Source of the DNA: Nitrospirales bacterium
GTDB taxonomy: Bacteria; Nitrospirota; Nitrospiria; Nitrospirales; UBA8639
Direction: 5' to 3'
Length of the DNA: 64,000 nt
Assembly: GCA_963422365.1 (NCBI GenBank)
Contig: OY729426.1
Location: forward strand, 1,888,001 to 1,952,000
The notes beneath the pieces are model-generated. The model ran no database searches. It was not told the origin of the DNA and saw nothing but the letters and a program-made list of their open reading frames with translations. Positions 10,100-18,976 of this stretch are shown piece after piece (the first letter of the stretch is position 1; each line of letters starts with the position of its first letter). The position numbers were made by a program, and so were the translations under genes.

Positions 10100-10861
10100 T
10101 CATCCTTCCGCTTGAGAGCGTTCCGGTTTGTAATGGACGCGAAGAAGATATAACCCTTGAGGTGGTGCTGTGGGGCCTGCCTCTCGGCGATCCCGGGCTC
10201 CCAGGATTGTCGCCAATGCATCAGGAGTTCTTTTTTGATGACCGATTTCGACTAAGGTCCCGACTAATGCCCGTACCATTTGTTTCAAAAACCGGTCGGC
10301 CTGAATCGTGAAACGAATCGATGGGCCTTCTTGCGACAGGTCAATCCGTTGAATATCGCAGACTGGATTCTGGGTTTCGGTCGGTGATCCTTGAAACGAA
10401 GTGCAATCATGTTGCCCTAGTACGTGACCCGAAGCCGCTCGCATGAGAGGCACGTTGAGGGGTTGGGCAATCTGCCATACCCGCAGACGCTCCAAGGCCG
10501 GTCGTGTCGTTTGGTTGAGGATGCGGTACTCATACGTTTTTGAACGCGCATCATACCGTGCATGAAAGTCGTCAGTCGCCACCTCTGTTTGTCGTACACT
10601 GATGTTTTTCGGCAGAACGCCGTTTAATGCGCGGGTCCACTCATGGGGTGATAATGGTTTGTCCGAGCGAAAGCTGATGATTTGCCCGAGTGCGTGAACG
10701 CCGGCATCCGTTCGGCCGGCGGCTACGGTCGAGATTGAACATTGCGTGATGTGGCGAAGTGCATGCTCAAGCGTCTCTTGGATCGTGGGATGGTCAGGCT
10801 GTCGTTGCCATCCGGCATACGATGTCCCGTCATATTCGAGTCGTAGCTTGTAGGTGGCCAT
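10100..10861 (-). CDS. truA: tRNA pseudouridine(38-40) synthase
   Basis: YDGTSYAGWQRQ, AGRTDAGVHA, FHARYDA, FLKQMVR, TAPPQGLYL. Confidence 0.96.
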   Translation of the reverse strand: MATYKLRLEYDGTSYAGWQRQPDHPTIQETLEHALRHITQCSISTVAAGRTDAGVHALGQIISFRSDKPLSPHEWTRALNGVLPKNISVRQTEVATDDFHARYDARSKTYEYRILNQTTRPALERLRVWQIAQPLNVPLMRAASGHVLGQHDCTSFQGSPTETQNPVCDIQRIDLSQEGPSIRFTIQADRFLKQMVRALVGTLVEIGHQKRTPDALATILGARDRREAGPTAPPQGLYLLRVHYKPERSQAEG

Positions 10862-10922
10862 GAAATGGTATGGGGTGCCTCGGCACGGGCTGTCTGGCGT
10901 AGCTCAATGAAAGAGGGCATGC

Positions 10923-12179
10923 TCAGGACGAGTTGAGGCGTGGCGATTTGAGGTAACCTTGGACGCCTCGATAAATCCCCTCCGCCAGCTTTTTCTGAAA
11001 GGTTTTATTCCGTAACCGTTTTTCTTCGCTCAGGTTGGACAGAAAACCCACCTCAACTAGAATGCTGGGCATGGTCGTAAAACGCAGGACGTAAAATGGA
11101 GCGGTTTTCATCCTATGATTTTTGATTTTGTAATTCTTTCGTAACGTTGTGACAAGTTTGTCACTCGTGGTTTCGGCAAAGGTTTGGGATTCTTTGATCT
11201 TATGGTCATTCAAGCTATCCGTAATAATGAATTGCCAGGGGGGGGTATCACTTTCTAATTTTATGCCATTTTCTCGGGCAGCCACTTCTAGGGCGAGGGG
11301 ATCACTGGCCTTTCCAAAATGGTAAATCTCTAATCCCTGAACGGATTTCTCCTGATGGTAATTGACGTGAATGGAAATAAACAAACAGATCCGTGACTTA
11401 TTGGCATTAACCTCCGGACCCATGTCCTTTCCGCACCATTCCATTTTTTTTTCATTGGCAAATTTCACGCGATCCTCTAAAGAAAGAAACACGTCTTTTG
11501 ATCGAGTCAACAGGACTTTGGCTTTGAGGCGTTGTCGAATCAAGTCGCGTAAATATTTCGAGACCTGTAACGCTATCGTTTTTTCCTTGGTGCCTTTTCG
11601 CCCGCTTGTGCCAGGATCTTTTCCGCCGTGCCCGGGGTCGATGACAACCATAACGCTGTTTTCAGGTGTTTTCTTCGCATTCGCATAATAGAGATCCACC
11701 ACCACTCGATCGGGTTGACGGAAGGTGTTGAGTTTGTACGTCCGGATGGATGTTAAAGCCAGGACAATGGTGACTGTTTGAGGTTTTTCTGGAAAGATGG
11801 CAATGGCCTTCGGAAAATTTTTTCTCTTGATCTGTTGTTGAGCGCGTTTGCTCAGCTTGATATTGGCTAGGGAAATCGTCGCCTTTTGAGTCAGTCGGTT
11901 CTTGCTCTCTTTGATTGCGACTCGACCAGTCAGGTCCAACACGACGCGGGTATATTTTTTATGATCATGATACCGGACGCTTTTGACTGTAAGAGAGGAT
12001 TTTGTCTGGTTGGACGAGGTTTCTTTTTTTGCTAAAAGAATTTGCGCGGGGAAGGCTGTCTGAGTGCTGGAAAAGGTATGGCGAGAGGGCGATTCGGATA
12101 TCGCCTCTGGTAGAGGCCCCCACAACATCGCATAAAACAGAAAAATAAGGGAAAAATGAAACGTGTTCTTCATGATCAT
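10923..12179 (-). CDS. N-acetylmuramoyl-L-alanine amidase with AMIN domain (AmiC-like)
   Basis: TRVVLDL/PDRVVVD AMIN motifs; IDPGHGGKDPG, EK, FISIHVN, PSILVEVGFLSN Amidase_3 motifs. Confidence 0.92.
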   Translation of the reverse strand: MIMKNTFHFSLIFLFYAMLWGPLPEAISESPSRHTFSSTQTAFPAQILLAKKETSSNQTKSSLTVKSVRYHDHKKYTRVVLDLTGRVAIKESKNRLTQKATISLANIKLSKRAQQQIKRKNFPKAIAIFPEKPQTVTIVLALTSIRTYKLNTFRQPDRVVVDLYYANAKKTPENSVMVVIDPGHGGKDPGTSGRKGTKEKTIALQVSKYLRDLIRQRLKAKVLLTRSKDVFLSLEDRVKFANEKKMEWCGKDMGPEVNANKSRICLFISIHVNYHQEKSVQGLEIYHFGKASDPLALEVAARENGIKLESDTPPWQFIITDSLNDHKIKESQTFAETTSDKLVTTLRKNYKIKNHRMKTAPFYVLRFTTMPSILVEVGFLSNLSEEKRLRNKTFQKKLAEGIYRGVQGYLKSPRLNSS

Positions 12180-12246
12180 TGATGCAAGAAATATGACGTT
12201 ACGTGTTCAGTGACTCACAGGATAACAAACTCTTCGTGTTCTGTCA

Positions 12247-12275
12247 TTGACAGCATCGCCACCCTGGGATAGCGT
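12247..12275 (+). promoter_or_regulatory. Putative sigma70 promoter, probably leaderless transcript of the NYN gene
   Basis: TTGACA-N17-TAGCGT ending 8 nt before ATG 12284; no SD visible. Confidence 0.6.
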
Positions 12276-12283
12276 GTCCCGCT

Positions 12284-12844
12284 ATGTCCTTACTTCTCAT
12301 CATAGATGGATATAACTTACTAGGAATTCTTGGCAAGAGAAAGTTGGCAAAATCAACCTACGGTGCTGAGATACGGGAAGCCCTCGTTCGCCGACTTTCG
12401 TTGTACAGCCAACGCAAAGGGCACTACGTGACCTTGGTATTCGATGCCTGGCAAGAGCAAACAAGGCTTGAACATCACGAACACCGGACTGGAGTGCAGG
12501 TGGTTTTTACCAAACGGGGAGAACGGGCTGATCAGGTGATTCAACGCTTGGCTCGACAGTATGGTCGAGCCTGTGCCGTGGTTTCTTCGGATTTGGAGAT
12601 CATCCAAACTGCCAAAGCCCATGGGGCTTTTGCGATGAAGTCACACGAATTTCAAGTAAAACTTGAATTTTTAGTGATGGGGGCAAAGAAAGCCTTTGCA
12701 GCGAAGCCCTCAACCATTTCCTCGACGCAAGGCATGACAAAGATTGAAGACGATGGACCTCTTGGACGCCCCAATAAAAAAGGTAATCCTCACAAATTAC
12801 CAAAAGCGGTCCGGGCCCGGAAACGCCAACTTAGGGGATTTTGA
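12284..12844 (+). CDS. NYN-domain ribonuclease (YacP/Rae1-like)
   Basis: LIIDGYNL, LVFDA, ADQVI, VVSSD motifs. Confidence 0.85.
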   Translation: MSLLLIIDGYNLLGILGKRKLAKSTYGAEIREALVRRLSLYSQRKGHYVTLVFDAWQEQTRLEHHEHRTGVQVVFTKRGERADQVIQRLARQYGRACAVVSSDLEIIQTAKAHGAFAMKSHEFQVKLEFLVMGAKKAFAAKPSTISSTQGMTKIEDDGPLGRPNKKGNPHKLPKAVRARKRQLRGF

Positions 12845-13607
12845 ATACACGTTTTGTATTTTGGACAGTGGCGTGTGCAATGGATTCAAAGGATCGACTC
12901 CCATTTTCACGGATTTCCGCCAGCGTTTCTGCCACGTATTGCACATAGGCGGGCTCATTCCGTTTCCCACGATAGGGAATAGGCGTGAGATAGGGGCAAT
13001 CCGTTTCGACCATGAGACGGTCAAGAGGAACGGTCTTCGCGATGTCCCGTAGCATCGTTGCATTTTTAAATGTCAGTACACCGGAGAAGGAAAGATAAAA
13101 ACCTAAGTCCAGCGCATTCTTGGCGAGCCAAGGATCCCCTGAAAAACAATGAAAAACGCCTCCGACGTCAGCCGCGCCTTCTTCCCGAAGGATCGTCACG
13201 GTATCTTCTTGTGCTTCACGCGTGTGAATGACAAGCGGAAGGGCTAACTCGCGTGCAAGGTGAATTTGTTCACGAAAACGTTGACCTTGGATCTCCCGTG
13301 GTGAATGATCGTAATGATAGTCTAGTCCAATTTCGCCGTACGCAACGACTTTCGGTTGTCGGGCTAGTGACCGCACTATCTCCTGCCATCCTTCAGTGAT
13401 GTCCTTGGCTTCATGCGGATGGACGCCAATAGTGGCAAAGACGTGAGGATGAGACTGTGCCAAGGCAATGGCGGCCTGACTGGTGGCGACATCGCAGCCA
13501 ATCGTGACAATGGCCTCAATGCCGGCAGCTTCGGCACGTTGGACGACTTCGTTTCGATCGGTATCGTATCGCAGATCATCTAGATGTGCATGGCTGTCAA
13601 TGAGCAT
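12831..13607 (-). CDS. tatD: TatD-family hydrolase/DNase
   Basis: DSHAHL, GVHPH, GEIGLDY, IHTREA, VFHCFSG, ETDCPYL. Confidence 0.95.
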   Translation of the reverse strand: MLIDSHAHLDDLRYDTDRNEVVQRAEAAGIEAIVTIGCDVATSQAAIALAQSHPHVFATIGVHPHEAKDITEGWQEIVRSLARQPKVVAYGEIGLDYHYDHSPREIQGQRFREQIHLARELALPLVIHTREAQEDTVTILREEGAADVGGVFHCFSGDPWLAKNALDLGFYLSFSGVLTFKNATMLRDIAKTVPLDRLMVETDCPYLTPIPYRGKRNEPAYVQYVAETLAEIRENGSRSFESIAHATVQNTKRVFKIP

Positions 13608-13692
13608 AAAAAGATGGCCTCCCTGTGTTCATATTCGTATGGAATACTAGCATATCATCCGTCACCAAAGAAGCCTGAGGAGTCGCTAGTCA

Positions 13693-14238
13693 ATGGATTG
13701 GGATACAGCATTGTTTCATGCCGTCCATGGGTGGGCCGGCCAATCATTAGCCTTGGATTGGTTCATGCTGCAATGTTCATCGGCGAGAAACTTCGTCGGC
13801 TTGATTGTGGTCTATCTGGCCTATCGAGTATGGATCGATTGGCGTTACGGCATTCTGGTTGCGTCCATTCTGGGTGTATTGATTGGCATAGGGGATTTTG
13901 TCGGGGCCCAAATCAAATTATGGATTGCTCGTCCGCGGCCGTGTCAGGTTTTTTTGAACATACATGAGCTGATCGGATGTGGGGGAACGTTCAGCCTGCC
14001 CTCGAATCACGCAGTGAATGCAGCAACGGCTGCGGCATTTTTGGCGATGCTGTTCCCCTCAACCCGATGGGTCGTGGTGACACTCATGGTGCTTGGCGGT
14101 ATATCCCGTGTCTATCTTGGCGCACATTATCCAACGGATGTGATCGCGGGATGGTATCTCGGGAGTCTGGTGGGTGTGACGGTCGGCTATTTCGTTACAA
14201 AACTTCCAGGGCATGGAAAAGAGCGCACCACGGAGTAA
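13693..14238 (+). CDS. PAP2-family membrane phosphatase
   Basis: K..IARPRP, SLPSNHA, SRVYLGAHYPTDV. Confidence 0.9.
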   Translation: MDWDTALFHAVHGWAGQSLALDWFMLQCSSARNFVGLIVVYLAYRVWIDWRYGILVASILGVLIGIGDFVGAQIKLWIARPRPCQVFLNIHELIGCGGTFSLPSNHAVNAATAAAFLAMLFPSTRWVVVTLMVLGGISRVYLGAHYPTDVIAGWYLGSLVGVTVGYFVTKLPGHGKERTTE

Positions 14239-14281
14239 CGTGACGCACGACTGTAGTTGCCGGTCTTTCCATGCTTAATAG

Positions 14282-15166
14282 TTACAGCTTTTGTAAGGCG
14301 GCGACGCGCGCTTCGATCGGCGGGTGTGTCGAAAAAACATGCATAAAACTTCGACTTTTCCCTGAAATTTTCATGGTCGCAAGGGCATCTTCCGTGTGAT
14401 ACTGATACTCTACCTGTTTAACCCATCGATCAATCGCTTGCAGCGCCGATATCATGGACTCTTTGCCTACCGTATTGGCTGCAAACTTGTCAGCGGAAAA
14501 TTCCCGGCGTCGTGACCACCAACTGATGGGAATCATCGCGAGGATTGATAACACAATCTGCAGAAAAAAGTAGACGCCGATGGCCAAGATGGCGTTGCGT
14601 TCGGCTACCTGTCGATAGACGATCCTGCTGATAAAATAGACGAAGGTATTCATCAATCCAGCGAGGACTGTCGTCGTAAACATATCGCCATTATAGACAT
14701 GACCCATTTCATGAGCTAAGACAGCTCGCACTTCCCCTTCGTTCAGATTGTTCAATAAGCCGGTTGAAACGGCAACCATCGAGTTATTCTTCGATGGCCC
14801 CGTGGCAAAAGCATTGGGATCCGGTGAGTCGTAAATCCATACTTCCGGCATTTTAATATCCAACCGCGTGGAGATTTTTTGCACCGTCTCATACACGAGC
14901 AATTCAGCAGGGTGTCGGGGCTGGGTAATCTGCCTGCAATCCAACATCATTCGCGCCATTCGTTTGGAAAACGCCAAGCTGATGAAGGCTCCGCCAAATC
15001 CAATAACAAAGGCCCACAAGAGGTCCTGATGAACGATCGATCCACGGAGGTCAATCCCAAACGCAGGAAGAATCATGTCCGAAAGAATCGTGAAGGTGAT
15101 CGAGAGGGTGATAAAAATGAGAATATTGGACAGCAGCAGCAAGCCAATACCTTTCAGCTTTTTCAT
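14282..15166 (-). CDS. htpX: Membrane zinc metalloprotease HtpX
   Basis: PNAFATG, AVSTGLL, LAHEMGH, SRRREFSAD, STHPPIEARV. Confidence 0.95.
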   Translation of the reverse strand: MKKLKGIGLLLLSNILIFITLSITFTILSDMILPAFGIDLRGSIVHQDLLWAFVIGFGGAFISLAFSKRMARMMLDCRQITQPRHPAELLVYETVQKISTRLDIKMPEVWIYDSPDPNAFATGPSKNNSMVAVSTGLLNNLNEGEVRAVLAHEMGHVYNGDMFTTTVLAGLMNTFVYFISRIVYRQVAERNAILAIGVYFFLQIVLSILAMIPISWWSRRREFSADKFAANTVGKESMISALQAIDRWVKQVEYQYHTEDALATMKISGKSRSFMHVFSTHPPIEARVAALQKL

Positions 15167-15331
15167 TCGTTCCTCCTCTACAAAAACACGCTGCCAGTTG
15201 ATGAGCTATGAACTATGAACTCGTACACGGTTTCATGAAACATCGCAACCTGGCGGTCAAAGACGGGGCAAGAAAAAAGGACTTGCCTTGAAACCCTCAA
15301 GCAGTCCCATCTATATTCCTACTATATTGAT

Positions 15332-15359
15332 AGTGTAATCCCATTTTTTCGTGAGTCAA
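15332..15359 (-). promoter_or_regulatory. Putative sigma70 promoter of htpX
   Basis: Minus strand TTGACT-N16-TACACT. Confidence 0.55.
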
Positions 15360-15397
15360 GATTGAGATGTTCCCGTGGATGAGGTCCTGCTCCCTCT

Positions 15398-15450
15398 TTT
15401 GTAGCCGCGCATTTCATGGCGCTTGGCGGAATAAGAGGCCGCCCCACAAA
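15398..15450. repeat. Inverted REP doublet (REPIN-like)
   Basis: TTTGTAGCCGCGCATTTCATGGCGC faces GGCGGAATAAGAGGCCGCCCCACAAA (reverse complement TTTGTGGGGCGGCCTCTTATTCCGCC). Confidence 0.6.
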
Positions 15451-15506
15451 TGCAATACAATGGCATGAAATGTGAGCGCAGGATGACGTGGAGAAGTCCT
15501 ACGAGG

Positions 15507-15944
15507 ATGACTGATGAACAGCCTTGGTTGAGCGTGCTGATCTGTTGGATTGCACCGGTTCTTTTTTCAGGGGTTTCTCTTGGGAATACCAACGAGGAGG
15601 TTCGGGTTCTTCAACCGGACGCCGATGGAGTACAGCGGGCCACCATCGTGCTTGACAGTTATTCGTTTGCGCCACGTTACATTAGCATTCAAGCTGGCCT
15701 GCCGATCGAACTTCGTCTTGAAAACCAGAGTTTCCTGACGCCTCATAATTTCGTCGTCGATCATTCAGCCATGGATTTGCAGGACGATATCACTGTGAGT
15801 GCCGGGGAGAGTGTCACGATTCAATTTCTGGTTCGTACCTCAGGAACATACGCCTTTTATTGTGATAAACAGTTGCTGTTTTTCCCCAGTCACCGTGACG
15901 AGGGCATGGAAGGCCGTCTTGAGGTGCGGCCGGAAAGTCGATGA
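15507..15944 (+). CDS. Exported cupredoxin-domain protein
   Basis: YSFAP, PHNF, FYCDKQLLFFPSHRDEGMEG (His/Cys/His/Met); start uncertain. Confidence 0.8.
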   Translation: MTDEQPWLSVLICWIAPVLFSGVSLGNTNEEVRVLQPDADGVQRATIVLDSYSFAPRYISIQAGLPIELRLENQSFLTPHNFVVDHSAMDLQDDITVSAGESVTIQFLVRTSGTYAFYCDKQLLFFPSHRDEGMEGRLEVRPESR

Positions 15945-16987
15945 TGCGGTCAAAACACACCGAACGCTATTTGCTGCATGACATTTTAAAGCAGGTTTCG
16001 CGTTCATTTTATCTTACCTTGGCGATGTTGCCACGGTGTGTGGCCAAACAAGTGGGGTTGGCGTATTTGTTTGCGCGGGTGGCTGATACGATTGCGGATG
16101 CAGGCCAACTAGACCGGAGCGCTAGAGTCATGTTCCTACAGCAGTTTAAGCTCCAATTTGTGCGTGAATCCTTCAATTGGGAAGTAATCAAGGCAATTCA
16201 AGCCGAGATGGTTCCACAACAGAGTCATCCTGGCGAACGAAAATTGGTGGAACACCTTGCACTCTGTTTTCAGGCATACGAAAGCTTGGCGCTAGACGAT
16301 CAAGCGGAGATCCGTCATGTCTTGCCGATTCTTATCAGCGGCATGGAAATGGATTTGGATCGGTTCCCGGGAAAATCTGAGGCCGAGCTCACCGCTTTTT
16401 CTTCGCGGGAGGATCTGGACGTCTATATCTATAAGGTTGCGGGTTGTGTCGGCGAGTTTTGGACCAATATGATTTCTGCCCATTTGCCGCACATACGCCA
16501 GAATTGGGGCAGAGAATCAAAAATTCACACAGGCATTCGGTTTGGCAAAGGACTCCAATTGACGAACATTTTGAAAGATTTACCCAAGGATCTGCGGCGA
16601 GGACGGTGTTATATCCCCTTGGAGCTGTTGTCGCAGGTAGGATTAGAACCCCGTGATTTATTAGAGAAGGACACGATGCCTGTCTTTAGCCCTATTCTGC
16701 AAACGTTAGTGAAGACCACCCTCGCCCATTTAGATCAAGGATGGTTGTATGCCATGTCCATTCCGCGACGCGAGGTTCGTCTTCGCTTAGCCTGCATGTG
16801 GCCGATTCTGATCGCCCTTAAAACACTACGTCTTTTGACAACATGCGACAATATGCTGGATCCCGCTCAAAAATTGAAAATTTCTCGATTCGAGATCTAT
16901 CGGATTATTTTGACCTCTCCGCTGATTGGCGGAGGGAGATCCACTGGCATGGCCTATTGGGGGCACGTCAGAAAGACAATTGGATAA
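15941..16987 (+). CDS. Squalene/phytoene synthase family protein (single-enzyme squalene synthase-like)
   Basis: VSRSF flap, RVADTIAD, Y.YKVAGCVGEFWT, GLQLTNILKD, GRCYIP. Confidence 0.88.
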   Translation: MMRSKHTERYLLHDILKQVSRSFYLTLAMLPRCVAKQVGLAYLFARVADTIADAGQLDRSARVMFLQQFKLQFVRESFNWEVIKAIQAEMVPQQSHPGERKLVEHLALCFQAYESLALDDQAEIRHVLPILISGMEMDLDRFPGKSEAELTAFSSREDLDVYIYKVAGCVGEFWTNMISAHLPHIRQNWGRESKIHTGIRFGKGLQLTNILKDLPKDLRRGRCYIPLELLSQVGLEPRDLLEKDTMPVFSPILQTLVKTTLAHLDQGWLYAMSIPRREVRLRLACMWPILIALKTLRLLTTCDNMLDPAQKLKISRFEIYRIILTSPLIGGGRSTGMAYWGHVRKTIG

Positions 16988-16993
16988 CCACGA

Positions 16994-17284
16994 TCACTCA
17001 GGCTGAGGAACGAGCAACTTTTCACCCTTTCGAAACACTGCATAGATAGCCTGTGAGGGGCAGGCATCGAGGCACATCCGACACGTTTCCATACACCGGG
17101 ATTCGTCAAATTTATACGGTGGGGTGGACAACCATGCCCCGGTTGGACACACAGGAATACACACGGCCTTATGCGTGCAGCGATCTGGATGACGAACTAA
17201 ATGGTCCCGAGTTACCATCATAGGTTTCACTCCTTCAAATAGCCCCCCGGAAAACATATCCAGCATATTTTCGGGGCGTCGCAT
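16994..17284 (-). CDS. Dicluster-type Fe-S ferredoxin
   Basis: CTHKAVCIPVCP and CMETCRMCLDACP motifs. Confidence 0.8.
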   Translation of the reverse strand: MRRPENMLDMFSGGLFEGVKPMMVTRDHLVRHPDRCTHKAVCIPVCPTGAWLSTPPYKFDESRCMETCRMCLDACPSQAIYAVFRKGEKLLVPQPE

Positions 17285-17285
17285 A

Positions 17286-17702
17286 TTAAGCATTCCACTG
17301 CTTCACGAGCGAACGAAGTCGATCCTGTAACTCTGGAATGTGTTCCAGATTATTGTGGATGGCCCCAAGTATATTTTCCAGTCTCGCCACTCGGGTCGCT
17401 TCTTGGTCTCGTTGGGCGAGTGCCTCATATTTGCGATACGCGTCGGGATAGAGGGAGCGAAGGTGTGGTTGAACGGCCGTGATCCCATCCCGGAGTTGTT
17501 TAGGTTCCGGTGCAAGAGGTGGTACAATGGCAAAAGAGCCGTTATTGAGCATGAGTACCTTTGTCTCACTTTGTTCAATCGATGTCACAGACGTGACGGT
17601 ATGACCGACCATCTCATCCCAAGACTGGAGCAACCCGGGAAACTGTTGAAGGAAGGCGACCTTTTCTTGATTCGCTTTCCATTTGGCTTCATTTGCTGAC
17701 AT
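17286..17702 (-). CDS. Hypothetical protein
   Basis: Clean ORF between two ferredoxin genes, stop 1 nt from the next start; helical composition. Confidence 0.7.
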   Translation of the reverse strand: MSANEAKWKANQEKVAFLQQFPGLLQSWDEMVGHTVTSVTSIEQSETKVLMLNNGSFAIVPPLAPEPKQLRDGITAVQPHLRSLYPDAYRKYEALAQRDQEATRVARLENILGAIHNNLEHIPELQDRLRSLVKQWNA

Positions 17703-17783
17703 GTGGGGGGTGCACCCTTTGATCGCCACGTTTGGGGTTGAGTATTTTTCTCTCGTCACACCACGGGGTTGAAGATTACGGTC

Positions 17784-18149
17784 TTAAGGGAAAATTGGAG
17801 TGGCACGAGATTCGAGTTGACGGGGAGGAAGATCGTGTCCCGGCATGAGCAGACGTTCAACCAATTCACCCTTGACCACGTGTCGTTCCATAATTTCAGT
17901 GACGTCGGCTTCACTCCCAATCCAATACCAGACACCTTCCGGATAAATCACAATGCTGGGGCCATATTCGCAATGATCCAAGCAGCCTGCCTTGTTCGCG
18001 CGGACCAAGCTTTTGAGCCCGAGTCGCTGGACTTCTTGTTTGAAGAATGCATGAAGTTCCGCGGATCGGCTGTCGGCACAGCACCCTCTCGGGTCGCCTT
18101 TGGGCCGTTGATTAATGCAGATGAAAATATGATGCTTGAATCCACTCAT
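17784..18149 (-). CDS. Thioredoxin-like [2Fe-2S] ferredoxin
   Basis: HIFICINQR..RGCC, RANKAGCLDHCEYGP.IVIYPEGVWY. Confidence 0.92.
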   Translation of the reverse strand: MSGFKHHIFICINQRPKGDPRGCCADSRSAELHAFFKQEVQRLGLKSLVRANKAGCLDHCEYGPSIVIYPEGVWYWIGSEADVTEIMERHVVKGELVERLLMPGHDLPPRQLESRATPIFP

Positions 18150-18318
18150 GAGAGCATTCTTTGCCAACTTCCGCTTCGAATTATAGAAAATTATAGTACA
18201 GGATGGTTCTTTTCCATGTCCAGTATTATGCAGTAATCGATAAAAGAAAATGCGCTGCGCGAAAACCCTTCGGGTATGCCAGGGTATTGATCACAGGAAC
18301 AAAAACTGCCAAATCGAG

Positions 18319-18778
18319 ATGAAAGTCGGAATTCCTCAAGATCGGAGAGACTATGAATTTCGAATAGCCTTGACACTGAAAAGGGTTGATGAACTCATAC
18401 GGAATGGCCATGAGGTGTGGATCGAAACCAATGCTGGTCTCTTTGGCCATGGTCGCGACGATGAAAAAAGGAACGTTGATCAGGGAGGATGCGTTGAAAC
18501 GACAAGGCCGACAATGCATGCTGACCCTCTGTTCGCGGTAGATGAGTCCAGCATGACGGTGTGACAAATATTCCTGGCATTGTGCTACAAACTGTCACCT
18601 ATGCCTTGACCCACGCCACGCTACACTTTTATAGTCCCGTTGGCCAACAGGGGAATCGAATCGTCCCTCCATGCTGATCTAGGGGTCGCCCGAGGGGGAA
18701 CGAATATTCGTCGTGGGGTGATTACCTGCCCAGCAGTCGCTGAGGCTTCATGGATTATCCTGTGAACCTCTTGACTAG
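18319..18778 (+). pseudogene. ald: Alanine dehydrogenase remnant (large internal deletion plus frameshifts)
   Basis: MKVGIPQDRRDYEFRIALT...GHEVWIETNAG, then MVATMKKGTLI, VDQGGCVETTRPTMHADP, VTNIPGIVLQTVTYALTHATL, LANRG, NIRRGVITCPAVAEA in shifting frames. Confidence 0.88.
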
Positions 18779-18803
18779 AGAGATTCAACAAAAGGAATGT
18801 TGT

Positions 18804-18881
<78 letters not shown>

Positions 18882-18976
18882 TCCTTCCTTCATGACTTGA
18901 TGGGCCGTGCTCAGAATTTCCCCAAACTCGTGCAAGACTCCTTGCCTGTTTATCACAACATCAGAAACCTCACCGG

